NCBI GenBank assembly: GCA_001766815.1
Contig: LYOS01000002.1
Coordinates: 1-32,000 of the forward strand
Length of the DNA: 32,000 nucleotides
From: Candidatus Syntropharchaeum caldarium
Lineage (GTDB): Archaea; Halobacteriota; Syntropharchaeia; Syntropharchaeales; Syntropharchaeaceae
Direction of reading: 5' to 3'
The notes under the pieces are model-generated. The model searched no databases. It worked only from the letters and a program-made list of their open reading frames with translations, and had not been told where the DNA came from. Shown here piece after piece: positions 8,805 through 18,045 of this stretch. How positions within the stretch are numbered: position 1 is the first letter of the stretch; each line of letters begins with the position of its first letter. A program made the position numbers and the translations under genes.

Positions 8805-9588
8805 CTACTACAATTATGCACTCTGGATTGCTTTAATACTCTTTTTACTATCTTTCCTCATTTCAGGACGAGAGGTACGTGCAAAAGCAATCATTGCAGG
8901 GCTTGGATGGATCGCCTTCTCGATTCACTGGTTCACACAGCCAGCCATATATCTTCAGGAGATAGATCCATTCAACGCATTTCTGACATTTGTGATGGCG
9001 ATCTTCTCGCTTGTTGTCGCATTCTCATTCATGACAGAGCATAAAGATTCACTATTTCTCCTGACAAGAGTCGTTACGATCGCCTGTATCTTTTATTTCC
9101 CGTTTGCATCGATTACACCCCTTCATAATGCCTTAATCTCGCTGAACACGCACTGTATAACTGAGGGATCGAGGACAGTTTTCGGGATCAAGATGGTACT
9201 GGATGACCCACTCATATACCTGAACAACCATCGTGTGAGATTGATACTTGGCTGCACAGCGATCGAGAGTATCGCCCTTTTTATCGGAGTCATATTTGGC
9301 GTCAAAGCATCGCTTGACCGCAAGCTTGCAGCTTTTCTCGTCTCTGTTCCTGTGATATTTGTCCTCAATGTTGTGCGAAATATCTTTGTCATCGTGGCAT
9401 ACAGTAACGACTGGTTCGATGGCTGGTTCGGACTTGGGAGCTTCTACGTTGCCCACAACGTCATCGCAAAGATCGGATCAACGATCGCACTCATCATCAT
9501 CGCGTACGTGGTACTCACCATCCTGCCAGAGGTACTTGATCTGATCGAGGATGCATGGCGTGATATCAGGGCGATCGTCATAGGTTGA
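8797..9588 (+). CDS. archaeosortase family protein (exosortase/archaeosortase)
   Basis: Polytopic membrane protein with the catalytic-triad contexts LGCTAIESIALFIG (Cys), VVRNIFVIV (Arg) and VAHNVIAKIGS (His). ATG 8797 is preferred to avoid a long overlap with cdc6 (track start 8749). Confidence 0.8.
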   Translation: MYSYYNYALWIALILFLLSFLISGREVRAKAIIAGLGWIAFSIHWFTQPAIYLQEIDPFNAFLTFVMAIFSLVVAFSFMTEHKDSLFLLTRVVTIACIFYFPFASITPLHNALISLNTHCITEGSRTVFGIKMVLDDPLIYLNNHRVRLILGCTAIESIALFIGVIFGVKASLDRKLAAFLVSVPVIFVLNVVRNIFVIVAYSNDWFDGWFGLGSFYVAHNVIAKIGSTIALIIIAYVVLTILPEVLDLIEDAWRDIRAIVIG

Positions 9589-9592
9589 TCTC

Positions 9593-10417
9593 ATGAAGAA
9601 AGGATATATGGCGTTGAGGAAAGAACTCGATGGTATCCTCTCTCCAGCAGATCTTGATCGATTGCCGAGGAGATGGCAGCTGATCGGAGATATCGTTCTT
9701 GTAAGAATTGATGGGCTTGAAGATTTCTGGGGAGAGATTGGTGATGCGTTCTTCAAGATCTATCCATGGGCGAAGGGGGTTGCCGTGGATTGTGGAGTGC
9801 ATGGAAAGTTGCGAGAGCCTGATATCAGAGTCATTGCAGGCGAGGTCTCGGAGACGCTGCACCGTGAGAACCACTGTACCTTCAAACTCGATCCCAGAAA
9901 GGTGATCTTCTCACCGGGAAATATGAACGAGCGTATGCGAATCGCGGCGCTTGGCACTGACGAGTTTGTTGTTGATATGTTTGCAGGCATCGGCTATTTC
10001 TCGATCCCGATGGCAAAACACGCAGTACCAGAGAAGATCATCGCGATCGAACTCAACCCTGTTGCATTTGAGTATCTACTTGAAAATATTCGACTGAACC
10101 ACGTTGAGAAGATAATTGAGCCTTTGGCAGGTGATTGTGCCGATCTTACGCCTGTTGGGGTTGCAGATAGGGTAATAATGGGTTATCTGAACGCAGAAGC
10201 ATATCTTGAGGTGGGTGTGAAAGCGATACGGGAGGAGGGTGGAATTTTACACTATCACGAAGCGGTTCCATACCATCTCTTCCCGAATCGACCTGTTGAG
10301 AGAATCCAGGCTGCGTGCAGATCTTTAGGGCGTGGTTGTGAGATCATTGAGGCTAAGAAAGTCAAGAAGTTTGCACCAGGTGTCTTACATGCGGTCATCG
10401 ATGCCGCGATCACATGA
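9593..10417 (+). CDS. Met-10+/Trm5-Tyw2 family SAM-dependent tRNA modification enzyme (size suggests Taw2 rather than Trm5)
   Basis: SAM-binding VVDMFAGIGYFSIPMA and AIELNP. N-terminal pattern RWQLIGDIVLV. 274 aa. Confidence 0.8.
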   Translation: MKKGYMALRKELDGILSPADLDRLPRRWQLIGDIVLVRIDGLEDFWGEIGDAFFKIYPWAKGVAVDCGVHGKLREPDIRVIAGEVSETLHRENHCTFKLDPRKVIFSPGNMNERMRIAALGTDEFVVDMFAGIGYFSIPMAKHAVPEKIIAIELNPVAFEYLLENIRLNHVEKIIEPLAGDCADLTPVGVADRVIMGYLNAEAYLEVGVKAIREEGGILHYHEAVPYHLFPNRPVERIQAACRSLGRGCEIIEAKKVKKFAPGVLHAVIDAAIT

Positions 10418-11052
10418 GAATGCTTAAATCAGATCAGGAACATCAGGAGTTTATGCCCTCAAAGGAGGTTGGACGAAAGTTAATACATATACTATCTGGC
10501 ATAATCATTGCATACCTGATCCTCAACCTCCCGTATTTTATTCTTATCTTTCTAACGATGCTTGGGCTTTTATCAACGCTTTTAATATCATATCTTGTCA
10601 AAAAAGGTTTCAGGATACCGTTGATTGATCAAATACTCAACTCGTATGAACGAGAGCATGCAATGGCAAATATGCCTGCAAAAGGCGTTTTGATGTTTAT
10701 TTTAAGTCTGCTTATCCTTCTAATCCTTGTAAGAAGTCCTCTTATCATCGCATCTGCTGTCATAACGCTTGCGCTTGGTGATGGATTTGCGACGATCACT
10801 GGTATCAGATGGGGCAAACACAGGCTGATCGGTAAGAAGAGTCTTGAAGGTTCAGCGGCTTTCTTTCTCACATCTTTCACTGGATTGAGTTTTCTCTTAT
10901 CGCCTCTCTATGCGTTGATTGCAGCTTTTACAGGCACGTTGATCGAGATGATACCACAGGAGGTCATCGATGATAATATAACAATCCCGCTCGGTGTCAG
11001 CGCGGTTCTCATCTTTCTGATAAAGATCTGGGGTGGTGACACATCGATCTGA
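10414..11052 (+). CDS. polyprenol/dolichol (phytol) kinase family membrane protein (CTP-dependent; CdsA/SEC59-like)
   Basis: Multi-TM protein with GDGFATITGIRWGKHRL...KSLEGSAAFF, characteristic of the cytidylyltransferase/dolichol kinase superfamily. ATGA overlap with the upstream gene. Confidence 0.7.
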   Translation: MRMLKSDQEHQEFMPSKEVGRKLIHILSGIIIAYLILNLPYFILIFLTMLGLLSTLLISYLVKKGFRIPLIDQILNSYEREHAMANMPAKGVLMFILSLLILLILVRSPLIIASAVITLALGDGFATITGIRWGKHRLIGKKSLEGSAAFFLTSFTGLSFLLSPLYALIAAFTGTLIEMIPQEVIDDNITIPLGVSAVLIFLIKIWGGDTSI

Positions 11053-11093
11053 ATGAGATTGCTGGATCTAAACTTCTGGCAGGACTCGGGTTC

Positions 11094-11582
11094 ATGCAGC
11101 GGCTGATGCTGCTTACAGATGGCTCAATGACGCTGCTTCTTGAGATATATACAGAAAATCCCGTTGTGGTTGAGACACTCAAACAGCAGATCATACCTGC
11201 AACTGCAGAGCTTGCAGCAAAGTTCAATCTGGAGAAAGAGGCAGATCTCAACTACCGGGAGGTCATCCTGAAAGATGGCGTGCTGGATAAGCCTCTTCTC
11301 TACGCATGTTCACTCACACCACTTTCGCGGCTCACGGATGAGTTCAGAGAAGATCTTCTCAGGGCAGATATCCCCATAGGGAAGATCATGAAGCGACATG
11401 GACTTGAATTTCGAAGAGATCTGACCAGGATCGCGGAGGAAGAGGCTTCAGCCAAACTCATTGAGATATTTGGTCTTGGAGCGCGTGAAAAGATCCTGAA
11501 ACGATTTTATGACATCATTCACCGTAAGGAAATCTTGATATCGATCATGGAGGCTTTTCCAGCGGCATATTATCGATCGTAA
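11094..11582 (+). CDS. chorismate lyase-like (DUF98) family protein
   Basis: N-terminal LMLLTDGSMTLLLE motif, typical of UbiC-like/DUF98 proteins. 162 aa. Confidence 0.5.
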   Translation: MQRLMLLTDGSMTLLLEIYTENPVVVETLKQQIIPATAELAAKFNLEKEADLNYREVILKDGVLDKPLLYACSLTPLSRLTDEFREDLLRADIPIGKIMKRHGLEFRRDLTRIAEEEASAKLIEIFGLGAREKILKRFYDIIHRKEILISIMEAFPAAYYRS

Positions 11583-11614
11583 GACATTTTAATCGAGCTA
11601 ACTTTAGTGATCAC

Positions 11615-13234
11615 ATGGACATCTATGATGAGGTCATGGAGCTTGCACGAAGAAGGGGTTTTCTGTGGCATTCCTTCGAGATCTATGGTGGAACTGCCGG
11701 GTTCTATGATTACGGGCCCCTGGGTGCGGCATTGAAGCGAAATATCGAACGTCTATGGCGAAGGTTTTATATCGCAGGTGAAGGATTCTATGAGATCGAA
11801 ACACCCATCATCGGGATTGAAGAGATATTTCGTGCATCAGGACATCTCTCAAGCTTCACAGACCCAATTGTAGAATGTGAATCGTGCAAAGAGTTCTTCA
11901 GGGCGGATCATGTTGGAGATAGATGTCCTTCGTGTGGTGGTGCGTTTGGCGAGGTATTTGAGTTTAATCTGATGTTTGAGACCTCAATCGGACCAGGATC
12001 AAAGCGAACTGGCTATCTTCGACCAGAGACCGCTCAGGGGATGTTTGTCGACTTTCCGAGACTTCTCCGATTCTTCAGGGAAAAACTGCCGTTTGGGGTT
12101 GTTCAGGTTGGAAAAGCATTCAGAAATGAGATTTCACCAAGACAGGGCCTGATACGCCTGAGAGAATTTACCCAGGCAGAAGCCGAGATTTTTATCGATC
12201 CCACGAATAAGCGTCACCCGGGTTTTGACGCGATCAAGGATGAGACTTTGATGCTTCTTCCAGAGGGTGCGGATGAAGCATCTAAATGGAGACTTCATGA
12301 TGCCGTCAAAGAGGGTGTAATTGCCAGTGAGTTTCTCGCATACCATATTTATCTTACATATCGCTTCCTGATCGAGATTGGAATCTCACATGATCGTCTG
12401 CGGTTCAGACAGCATGAAGCAGATGAAATGGCACATTACGCCGCTGACTGCTGGGACGCTGAGGTCCTTCTGGATCGACTTGGATGGGTCGAGGTCGTTG
12501 GGATTGCAGACAGGACTGATTACGATCTTAGGGCACATGAGGCAGTTTCAGGTGAGAAGTTGCGAATATTTAGGGCATACGATGAAACAGATACGGTGAA
12601 GCGGGTTAAGCTAAAGCCGAAGATGGCGTTAATTGGTCCGAGATTCAAAGACAGGGCAAAAAAAATTGCAGAAGCACTCGACCTGATTGATGCCACCACG
12701 ATAGGCGATCAGGATATCGTGCTCAATATCGACGGAGAAGAGGTTACAATCACACAGGATATGTTTGAGTCTGTCACCGTCGAGGAAGAGATCAGTGGGG
12801 AGGAGGTGATCCCACATGTTATTGAGCCATCGTTCGGGATTGATCGGATCTTTTTTGCAGTTATGGAACATTCGTTCTACCAGGAAGAGGTAGAGGGTGA
12901 GATGCGTAATGTCCTCAGATTTCTACCCGGTATTGCACCGATTGATGCTTGCGTGCTCCCGCTTCTCGGTTCAAGAGAGGAGCTTCTCGAACTTTCGAAG
13001 CAGATACACCAAAACCTGCGAAGAGCAGGGTTTATCGTTGAACATGACGCATCAGGCACAATAGGACGCAGATACAGGAGACAGGACGAGATTGGAACGC
13101 TCTTCTGTATCACAATCGACTATGAGACGATCGAGGATAATACAGTGACCGTTAGATTCAGGGACTCGATGGATCAGGTGCGTGTGAAGGTCGATGAACT
13201 TCCAGATTGGCTTTCACGAGAGTGTGGTCGATGA
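11615..13234 (+). CDS. glyS: glycine--tRNA ligase (archaeal/eukaryotic alpha2 type)
   Basis: N-terminus RRGFLWHSFEIYGGTAGFYDYGPLG. Class II motif 2 FRNEISPRQGLIRLREFTQAE and motif 3 region SFGIDRIFFAVMEH. C-terminal anticodon-binding domain. Confidence 0.95.
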   Translation: MDIYDEVMELARRRGFLWHSFEIYGGTAGFYDYGPLGAALKRNIERLWRRFYIAGEGFYEIETPIIGIEEIFRASGHLSSFTDPIVECESCKEFFRADHVGDRCPSCGGAFGEVFEFNLMFETSIGPGSKRTGYLRPETAQGMFVDFPRLLRFFREKLPFGVVQVGKAFRNEISPRQGLIRLREFTQAEAEIFIDPTNKRHPGFDAIKDETLMLLPEGADEASKWRLHDAVKEGVIASEFLAYHIYLTYRFLIEIGISHDRLRFRQHEADEMAHYAADCWDAEVLLDRLGWVEVVGIADRTDYDLRAHEAVSGEKLRIFRAYDETDTVKRVKLKPKMALIGPRFKDRAKKIAEALDLIDATTIGDQDIVLNIDGEEVTITQDMFESVTVEEEISGEEVIPHVIEPSFGIDRIFFAVMEHSFYQEEVEGEMRNVLRFLPGIAPIDACVLPLLGSREELLELSKQIHQNLRRAGFIVEHDASGTIGRRYRRQDEIGTLFCITIDYETIEDNTVTVRFRDSMDQVRVKVDELPDWLSRECGR

Positions 13235-14292
13235 ACGAACTTATACTGAGCGGTACAGTTATATATGGCGAGAAGCTCGAACCAAGGAAAAATTCATACA
13301 TCGTGATCGAGGGTGCAGCGATAAAGGAGATTGGCGAAGGGGAAGTTGATTCTGTGGCTGCTGGCATTATATCACCAGGTTTTGTAAATGCCCACACGCA
13401 TATCGGAGATTCGTGCGTTAAAGACCTGCCCTATCTACCACTTGACGATCTCGTGAAGCCACCCCAGGGAATTAAACATAAGATACTCGCTGAGATTGAT
13501 GAGAAGACACTCATAGCATCGATGCGGGCGAGCATTCTCCAGATGATTGGATGTGGAACTGTGCTTTTTGCCGATTTCAGGGAAGGTGGAGCCTCTGGTG
13601 CAAAAGCGTTGAGGGATGCACTATCAGGTCTTGATATCGGGTGTAAGCTCTTTGGAAGGGATGAGATCGTACCAGAAGTTATGGATGGCGTGGGTATAAG
13701 CGGTGCTTCTGATATGAGCTTTGAGGTGGCACTGGAGTTTAGAAACGTCGCCAGATCACTCAATCTACCGTTTGCAATCCATGCAGGCGAGAGGGATGAA
13801 TCTGATATACTTCCTGCACTCACACTCTGCCCTGATCACCTTGTTCACATGGTTCATGCAGAGAAATCGCATATCAAACAGATTGTGGCGGAGGATATAC
13901 CAGTTGTTGTTTGTATCAGATCAAATCTTGTAACAGGAGTTGGATTGCCGCCGTTGAGGTCTATGCTTGATGCAGGAGTTCTTATCGGGATTGGTACAGA
14001 TAATGTGATGCTGAATTCACCCGATATTCTATTGGAGATGGAGTTTCTATCAAAAATTTACAGGCTCGATGACAGAGATGTGTTAAAGATGGCAACGATA
14101 AACGGGATAAGAATTCTGGAAGATCCAACCTATTGTGGCATCATGGAAGGCGGTATCGCTGATCTTGTTCTAATATCTGATGAGAGCTTGAATATGCGTG
14201 GTACAGGCGAACCTGTGAGAGGTATCGTCAGAAGGGCATCGAGTACAGATTTAATTGCCAGGGTAAAATCTGGTTTGCTGGAGGTTTCTTAA
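13231..14292 (+). CDS. metal-dependent amidohydrolase family protein (chlorohydrolase/deaminase-like)
   Basis: PGFVNAHTHIGDS (HxH metal site), HAGE, HMVH and GIGTDN motifs. ATG 13231 forms an ATGA overlap with the glyS stop (track start 13207 is TTG). Confidence 0.8.
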   Translation: MNELILSGTVIYGEKLEPRKNSYIVIEGAAIKEIGEGEVDSVAAGIISPGFVNAHTHIGDSCVKDLPYLPLDDLVKPPQGIKHKILAEIDEKTLIASMRASILQMIGCGTVLFADFREGGASGAKALRDALSGLDIGCKLFGRDEIVPEVMDGVGISGASDMSFEVALEFRNVARSLNLPFAIHAGERDESDILPALTLCPDHLVHMVHAEKSHIKQIVAEDIPVVVCIRSNLVTGVGLPPLRSMLDAGVLIGIGTDNVMLNSPDILLEMEFLSKIYRLDDRDVLKMATINGIRILEDPTYCGIMEGGIADLVLISDESLNMRGTGEPVRGIVRRASSTDLIARVKSGLLEVS

Positions 14293-15273
14293 ATGGTGGA
14301 GGAGACACTTGTAATTGGCTACAACGACATCTCAGATCTTCTCGAGATCTCGATGGTGATTGATGCAGTTGAAGATGCGTTCAGGGCATTCTATCAGGGA
14401 GACGCAAAGATGCCATCAAAGGTTTATCTTGATCTTCCAGAGTTCTCAGGGGATTTCAGGGCAATGCCGGCCAGATTGGGGGATTATGCAACACTGAAAT
14501 GGGTAAACTCACATCCATTGAATAAAAAACACCCGACCGTGATGGCGGTTGTGATCCTGAACGACTGTAGAACTGGTTTTCCACTCGCGCTGATGGATGG
14601 AACACTTCTAACGATGTACAGGACAGGTGCAGCTGCAGGGGTTGCATCAAAGTATATGGCACGAAAAGATTCAAGCACGCTCGGACTTGCAGGATGTGGT
14701 GTTCAGGCACACACACAGCTTCTCGCAATATCTCACGTCTTTGACCTCGATCAGATCAGGATCTCTGATATATCACGGGCAAAGGTTGAGGAATTTGTGG
14801 AGACGTTCCCAACCTACAACATCGAACCAACCTCGCTCGAAGAGGTCTCAGCCTGTGATATTATCTCAACAACAACGCCTGTAAGGGATCCGATCATAGC
14901 GCGTGAGTGGATCAGGGAAGGGGTTCACATAAATGCAGTCGGTGCTGATGCGCCAGGGAAGGAGGAGCTTGACCCGAGAATCATCCGTGATGCAAGGGTT
15001 GTGGTCGATGAGATAGAACAGGCATCAAACGGTGGTGAGATCAATGTGCCACTTAAATCGGGTGTTATTACCCCTGATCATATCTGGGCAGAACTTGGTG
15101 AGGTTGTGGCAGGTAAGAAGGCAGGACGGATAAATGACGATGAGATCACGGTATTTGACTCAACAGGCCTGGGAATACAGGATGCTGCCTGTGCAGAACT
15201 TATTTATAATCTCGCAAAGAAGAGAGGACGTGGCACATGGATGGAATTTGTTCATCCTGCCGCTGTGGCTTAG
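14293..15273 (+). CDS. ornithine cyclodeaminase/mu-crystallin family protein (archaeal alanine dehydrogenase-like)
   Basis: OCD-family layout with the Rossmann motif LGLAGCGVQAHTQL. 326 aa. The 3' end overlaps the tRNA-Thr gene by 15 nt. Confidence 0.85.
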   Translation: MVEETLVIGYNDISDLLEISMVIDAVEDAFRAFYQGDAKMPSKVYLDLPEFSGDFRAMPARLGDYATLKWVNSHPLNKKHPTVMAVVILNDCRTGFPLALMDGTLLTMYRTGAAAGVASKYMARKDSSTLGLAGCGVQAHTQLLAISHVFDLDQIRISDISRAKVEEFVETFPTYNIEPTSLEEVSACDIISTTTPVRDPIIAREWIREGVHINAVGADAPGKEELDPRIIRDARVVVDEIEQASNGGEINVPLKSGVITPDHIWAELGEVVAGKKAGRINDDEITVFDSTGLGIQDAACAELIYNLAKKRGRGTWMEFVHPAAVA

Positions 15274-15330
15274 TGGGAGAGCGGCTGACTCGTAATCAGC
15301 AGGTCGTGGGTTCGAATCCCACCAGCGGCT
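15259..15330 (+). tRNA. tRNA-Thr (anticodon CGU)
   Basis: Hand-folded cloverleaf. Acceptor GCCGCTG/CAGCGGC (7 bp perfect). D arm GCTT-AGTGGGA-GAGC. Anticodon arm GCTGA-CTCGTAA-TCAGC (anticodon CGT). Variable loop AGGTC. T arm GTGGG-TTCGAAT-CCCAC. Discriminator T, no encoded CCA. Confidence 0.9.
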
Positions 15331-15392
15331 TGTTTTAGCCACATCATAAGCCTCTGCCATATATATCCGATGGAGGCAGAGGATGGATTGAT

Positions 15393-16574
15393 ATGGCTAA
15401 AGCAGATATACACAACCAGGATAAGCTTTTTAGAGGGAAGTTTGAGGAGATTCTTGAGGGCATACACCCCGATGACCGGGGAGATGTAAAGCGGTTCTGT
15501 GAGAGTGCGATGATGGATGGTATCGGGTCAGCCAGGCTGCTTAAGTACCTGTTCACACTGCGTCCACTATCCCGGGAGCTTGGCAGGTCATTCAGGGAGG
15601 CCGGTGAGGATGACATCAGGCGGCTCATCTTCTCAATTGAGATGAGCGATTTTTCGGAGTGGTCAAAGCATGACAGGAAAGTCATCCTGAGAAAGTATCT
15701 GCGGTTTATCGGGAAGGATGATCTTGTTAAGGATCTGAAGATCAAACCAGTCAAAAACAACTCAAAGCTTCCTGATGAGATCCTGACGGAGGATGAGATC
15801 AAGGCGATGGCTGCAGCAGCATACAACTCAAGGGATCGGGCTTTCATCCTGGCACTCTATGAATCAGGGTGCAGGATCGGTGAGTTTCTACCGCTCAAAC
15901 TCAAGCATCTTGAGTTTGATGAGTATGGTGCAGTCTTACATGTGCGCGGTAAGACAGGATCGAGACGTGTGAGGTTAATTACATCGGTCCCGGCGCTTCA
16001 GGCGTGGATTGGAGACCAACATCCCATGAAGGATGATCCCGATGCTTACCTGTGGAGGAAGATCCCAACCCCGAATAATCCGAAGTGGAAGAATGAATAT
16101 TTAAGCTATGGTTTTGTAGCAAGGACACTGAAGCAGCTTGCTAAAAAGGCGGGGATTAAAAAGCGTGTGAATCCTCATTCATTCAGGCATGCAAGAGCCA
16201 CACATTTAGCCTCACACCTCACAGAGGCACAGATGAAGGAGTTTTTCGGGTGGGAGCAGGCATCAGAGATGGCAGCGGTGTATGTGCATCTTTCAGGTAG
16301 GGACGTGGATGATGCACTTCTTGCAATACATGGCATCAGGGATGAGAAGAGGAACGGGACAGCTTTCAAGCCTGAGCCATGCCCCCGGTGTGGTGAGGTG
16401 AATGCACCGGGTATGCGGTTCTGTAAACGCTGTTATCTTCCACTGGATGGGGATTACAGCAGGGAGGAGAGGCTTGAACTGGCACTCGTGCGGATGCTTC
16501 AGGAGCTGGCTGAGGCACAACCAGAGATTAAGGAGATGTTTCACCGGGCATTTAAGGAGGTTGAAGGCGTGTGA
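15393..16574 (+). CDS. int: tyrosine-type site-specific integrase with C-terminal zinc ribbon
   Basis: Catalytic contexts CRIGEFLPLK (Arg), HSFRHARATHLA (HxxR) and AAVYVHLSGRD (Tyr). C-terminal CPRCGEVNAPGMRFCKRCYLPL. Lies 62 nt downstream of the tRNA. Confidence 0.92.
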   Translation: MAKADIHNQDKLFRGKFEEILEGIHPDDRGDVKRFCESAMMDGIGSARLLKYLFTLRPLSRELGRSFREAGEDDIRRLIFSIEMSDFSEWSKHDRKVILRKYLRFIGKDDLVKDLKIKPVKNNSKLPDEILTEDEIKAMAAAAYNSRDRAFILALYESGCRIGEFLPLKLKHLEFDEYGAVLHVRGKTGSRRVRLITSVPALQAWIGDQHPMKDDPDAYLWRKIPTPNNPKWKNEYLSYGFVARTLKQLAKKAGIKKRVNPHSFRHARATHLASHLTEAQMKEFFGWEQASEMAAVYVHLSGRDVDDALLAIHGIRDEKRNGTAFKPEPCPRCGEVNAPGMRFCKRCYLPLDGDYSREERLELALVRMLQELAEAQPEIKEMFHRAFKEVEGV

Positions 16575-16613
16575 GGAAAGTAAGCTCTCGCGTGCCACGG
16601 TGTATGTGGGTCA

Positions 16614-17462
16614 TCATTCAGTATTATACCTTTCGAGGATTTCGACACCGTGTTGAAGAAGTGTAAGGAATGGCCTCTCGGGACCGCGAACGCAGATATT
16701 TGCGATCTCCGTCGGGATGAAGAGAGGTGCCATTCCAGCATCCTCCAAGTGAAGCAGGCCAATTGTGTTGTGGAGTTTTTGGTAAAGATCTCTCATGTTT
16801 ACCGGGGGGATCACCTTCACCTCATGCTCTCTCATAAAGGCATCAAAATTTCCGGCCCAAAGAAGGTCGCTGGTGGAAACGCCCGGAACAGCATATCCTT
16901 GTTTTTTGAAATATACAAGGAAAATAATTGAAAGAGCGGCAACTTCCCCAAAGACAGATGCCACAAACCCCAGCGGATTTTTTATGAGTAAACGTCCTTT
17001 CGATTTTCTCTTCCCTATCGGGTTTCTCATTGTAAAATACTCGAAACGATCAGGGAGCTCTCTCTCCCTCTTTACCTGAAACATGGTGCGGAACCATATT
17101 GAATCGAAGATGAGCGAGATGGCTTTTTTCTTCTCTTCATCCAGCTTTTGGGAGCTCTTTTTAATCTCCAGCTTTCTTTCGAGAAATGAAAGATAGGGAA
17201 GAGGTGTGCTTTTAAAGTATGCATTCCGTAGGGTCAATTCATCGACCTTTTCAAGGAATCCGACCTCCTGCAAGGACTTACGTGCATTAATTAGGGGGGT
17301 CTGGTTAACCTCTCTCCCGCTCTTTACACCATAAAGCCTCCTTGCCACCTCTCCCTGGGTGGCCGGCGCAATCCACAGGGTCCAGGCGACCCCACAGAGT
17401 GAAGGTTTACAAAGCGCTTTTAGGCTACATTTTTCTTTTGATTTTGTAGTTGATGACGACAT
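16614..17462 (-). CDS. hypothetical protein with probable N-terminal wHTH
   Basis: 282 aa ORF convergent with int and divergent from the RHH operon. The N-terminal segment APATQGEVARRLYGVKSGREVNQTPLINARKSLQEVGFLEKV looks like a winged helix. The start ATG lies ~27 nt from a TATA box. Confidence 0.6.
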   Translation of the reverse strand: MSSSTTKSKEKCSLKALCKPSLCGVAWTLWIAPATQGEVARRLYGVKSGREVNQTPLINARKSLQEVGFLEKVDELTLRNAYFKSTPLPYLSFLERKLEIKKSSQKLDEEKKKAISLIFDSIWFRTMFQVKRERELPDRFEYFTMRNPIGKRKSKGRLLIKNPLGFVASVFGEVAALSIIFLVYFKKQGYAVPGVSTSDLLWAGNFDAFMREHEVKVIPPVNMRDLYQKLHNTIGLLHLEDAGMAPLFIPTEIANICVRGPERPFLTLLQHGVEILERYNTE

Positions 17463-17485
17463 GGAAGTAATTATGAAGTATATAA

Positions 17486-17493
17486 TTTATAAA
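17486..17493. promoter_or_regulatory. palindromic TATA box (TTTATAAA) shared by two divergent, apparently leaderless genes
   Basis: The box centre (~17489.5) lies 26.5 nt from the A of ATG 17516 (+) and 27.5 nt from the A of the minus-strand ATG at 17462. A BRE-like CGAAACA abuts the box on the minus-strand side. Confidence 0.5.
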
Positions 17494-17515
17494 TGTTTCG
17501 ATCTCTTATACTACC

Positions 17516-17677
17516 ATGAAGCAGAAAGGGGTTTTAATGCCGTCAAAATTGGAACGTTTGTTAGAGGACATGCAGCACGCCACGCAGAAAACACAGGCAC
17601 AAATTATCCGCGAAGCGCTGTTTGAATATGGGAAAAGAAGAGGGTATGAGATCAATGAGCGAGGATGGGAATCTTAG
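17516..17677 (+). CDS. ribbon-helix-helix (CopG/Arc-like) DNA-binding protein
   Basis: Absent from the track (53 aa): MKQKGVLMPSKLERLLEDMQHATQKTQAQIIREALFEYGKRRGYEINERGWES*. It shows a beta-strand, helix, helix pattern with the typical ..IIREAL.. second helix. First gene of the plasmid-like operon. Confidence 0.6.
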   Translation: MKQKGVLMPSKLERLLEDMQHATQKTQAQIIREALFEYGKRRGYEINERGWES

Positions 17678-17775
17678 AGGAAGTGATCGGAGGCTGTCAA
17701 TGATGGGGCAACTTCACGAGCTTCTCGAATCCTGGATTATCGAGGTTGAGAAAGAGAAAAAAAGAGGTGTGTTAA

Positions 17776-18045
17776 ATGAAAACTGTTCTTATCGAGGAAA
17801 AAGAGCAGATACCGAAGTACCTGCTGAAAGCAACCCGTCTGCTTGACGAAAAGGCAAAAAACAGGACACGCTCAGGCTTGATTCGTTTCAGTGAGGTTTA
17901 CAGGATTCTGTCACCATTTTTCAGGCTTACAAAAGCTGAGACATGGGATTTACTTGTTGAGATGGAACGATTTGGGCTGATCAGGATCATCAGACACAAC
18001 GGCATAAAAATCACAGAAGAGATGGAGGGTGGTATGAATGGGTGA
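17776..18045 (+). CDS. small winged-helix-like protein
   Basis: 89 aa. RFSEVYRILSPFFRLTKAETWDLLVEMERFGLIRIIRHNGIKI resembles a wHTH. There is an 8-nt overlap with the downstream replication gene, suggesting translational coupling. Confidence 0.55.
   Translation: MKTVLIEEKEQIPKYLLKATRLLDEKAKNRTRSGLIRFSEVYRILSPFFRLTKAETWDLLVEMERFGLIRIIRHNGIKITEEMEGGMNG

Noticed and set aside
15160-15467. Minus-strand ORFs 15160..15360 and 15270..15467 overlapping the tRNA-Thr gene.
   Set aside because: They run antisense through a perfectly folding tRNA and the int promoter region, and have no coding features.
17622-17846. 74-aa ORF between the RHH gene and the 89-aa wHTH gene.
   Set aside because: It overlaps both neighbours substantially and has no motifs. 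A shorter internal start (MMGQLHELLESWIIEVEKEKK...) might encode a real small protein, but that is unsupported.
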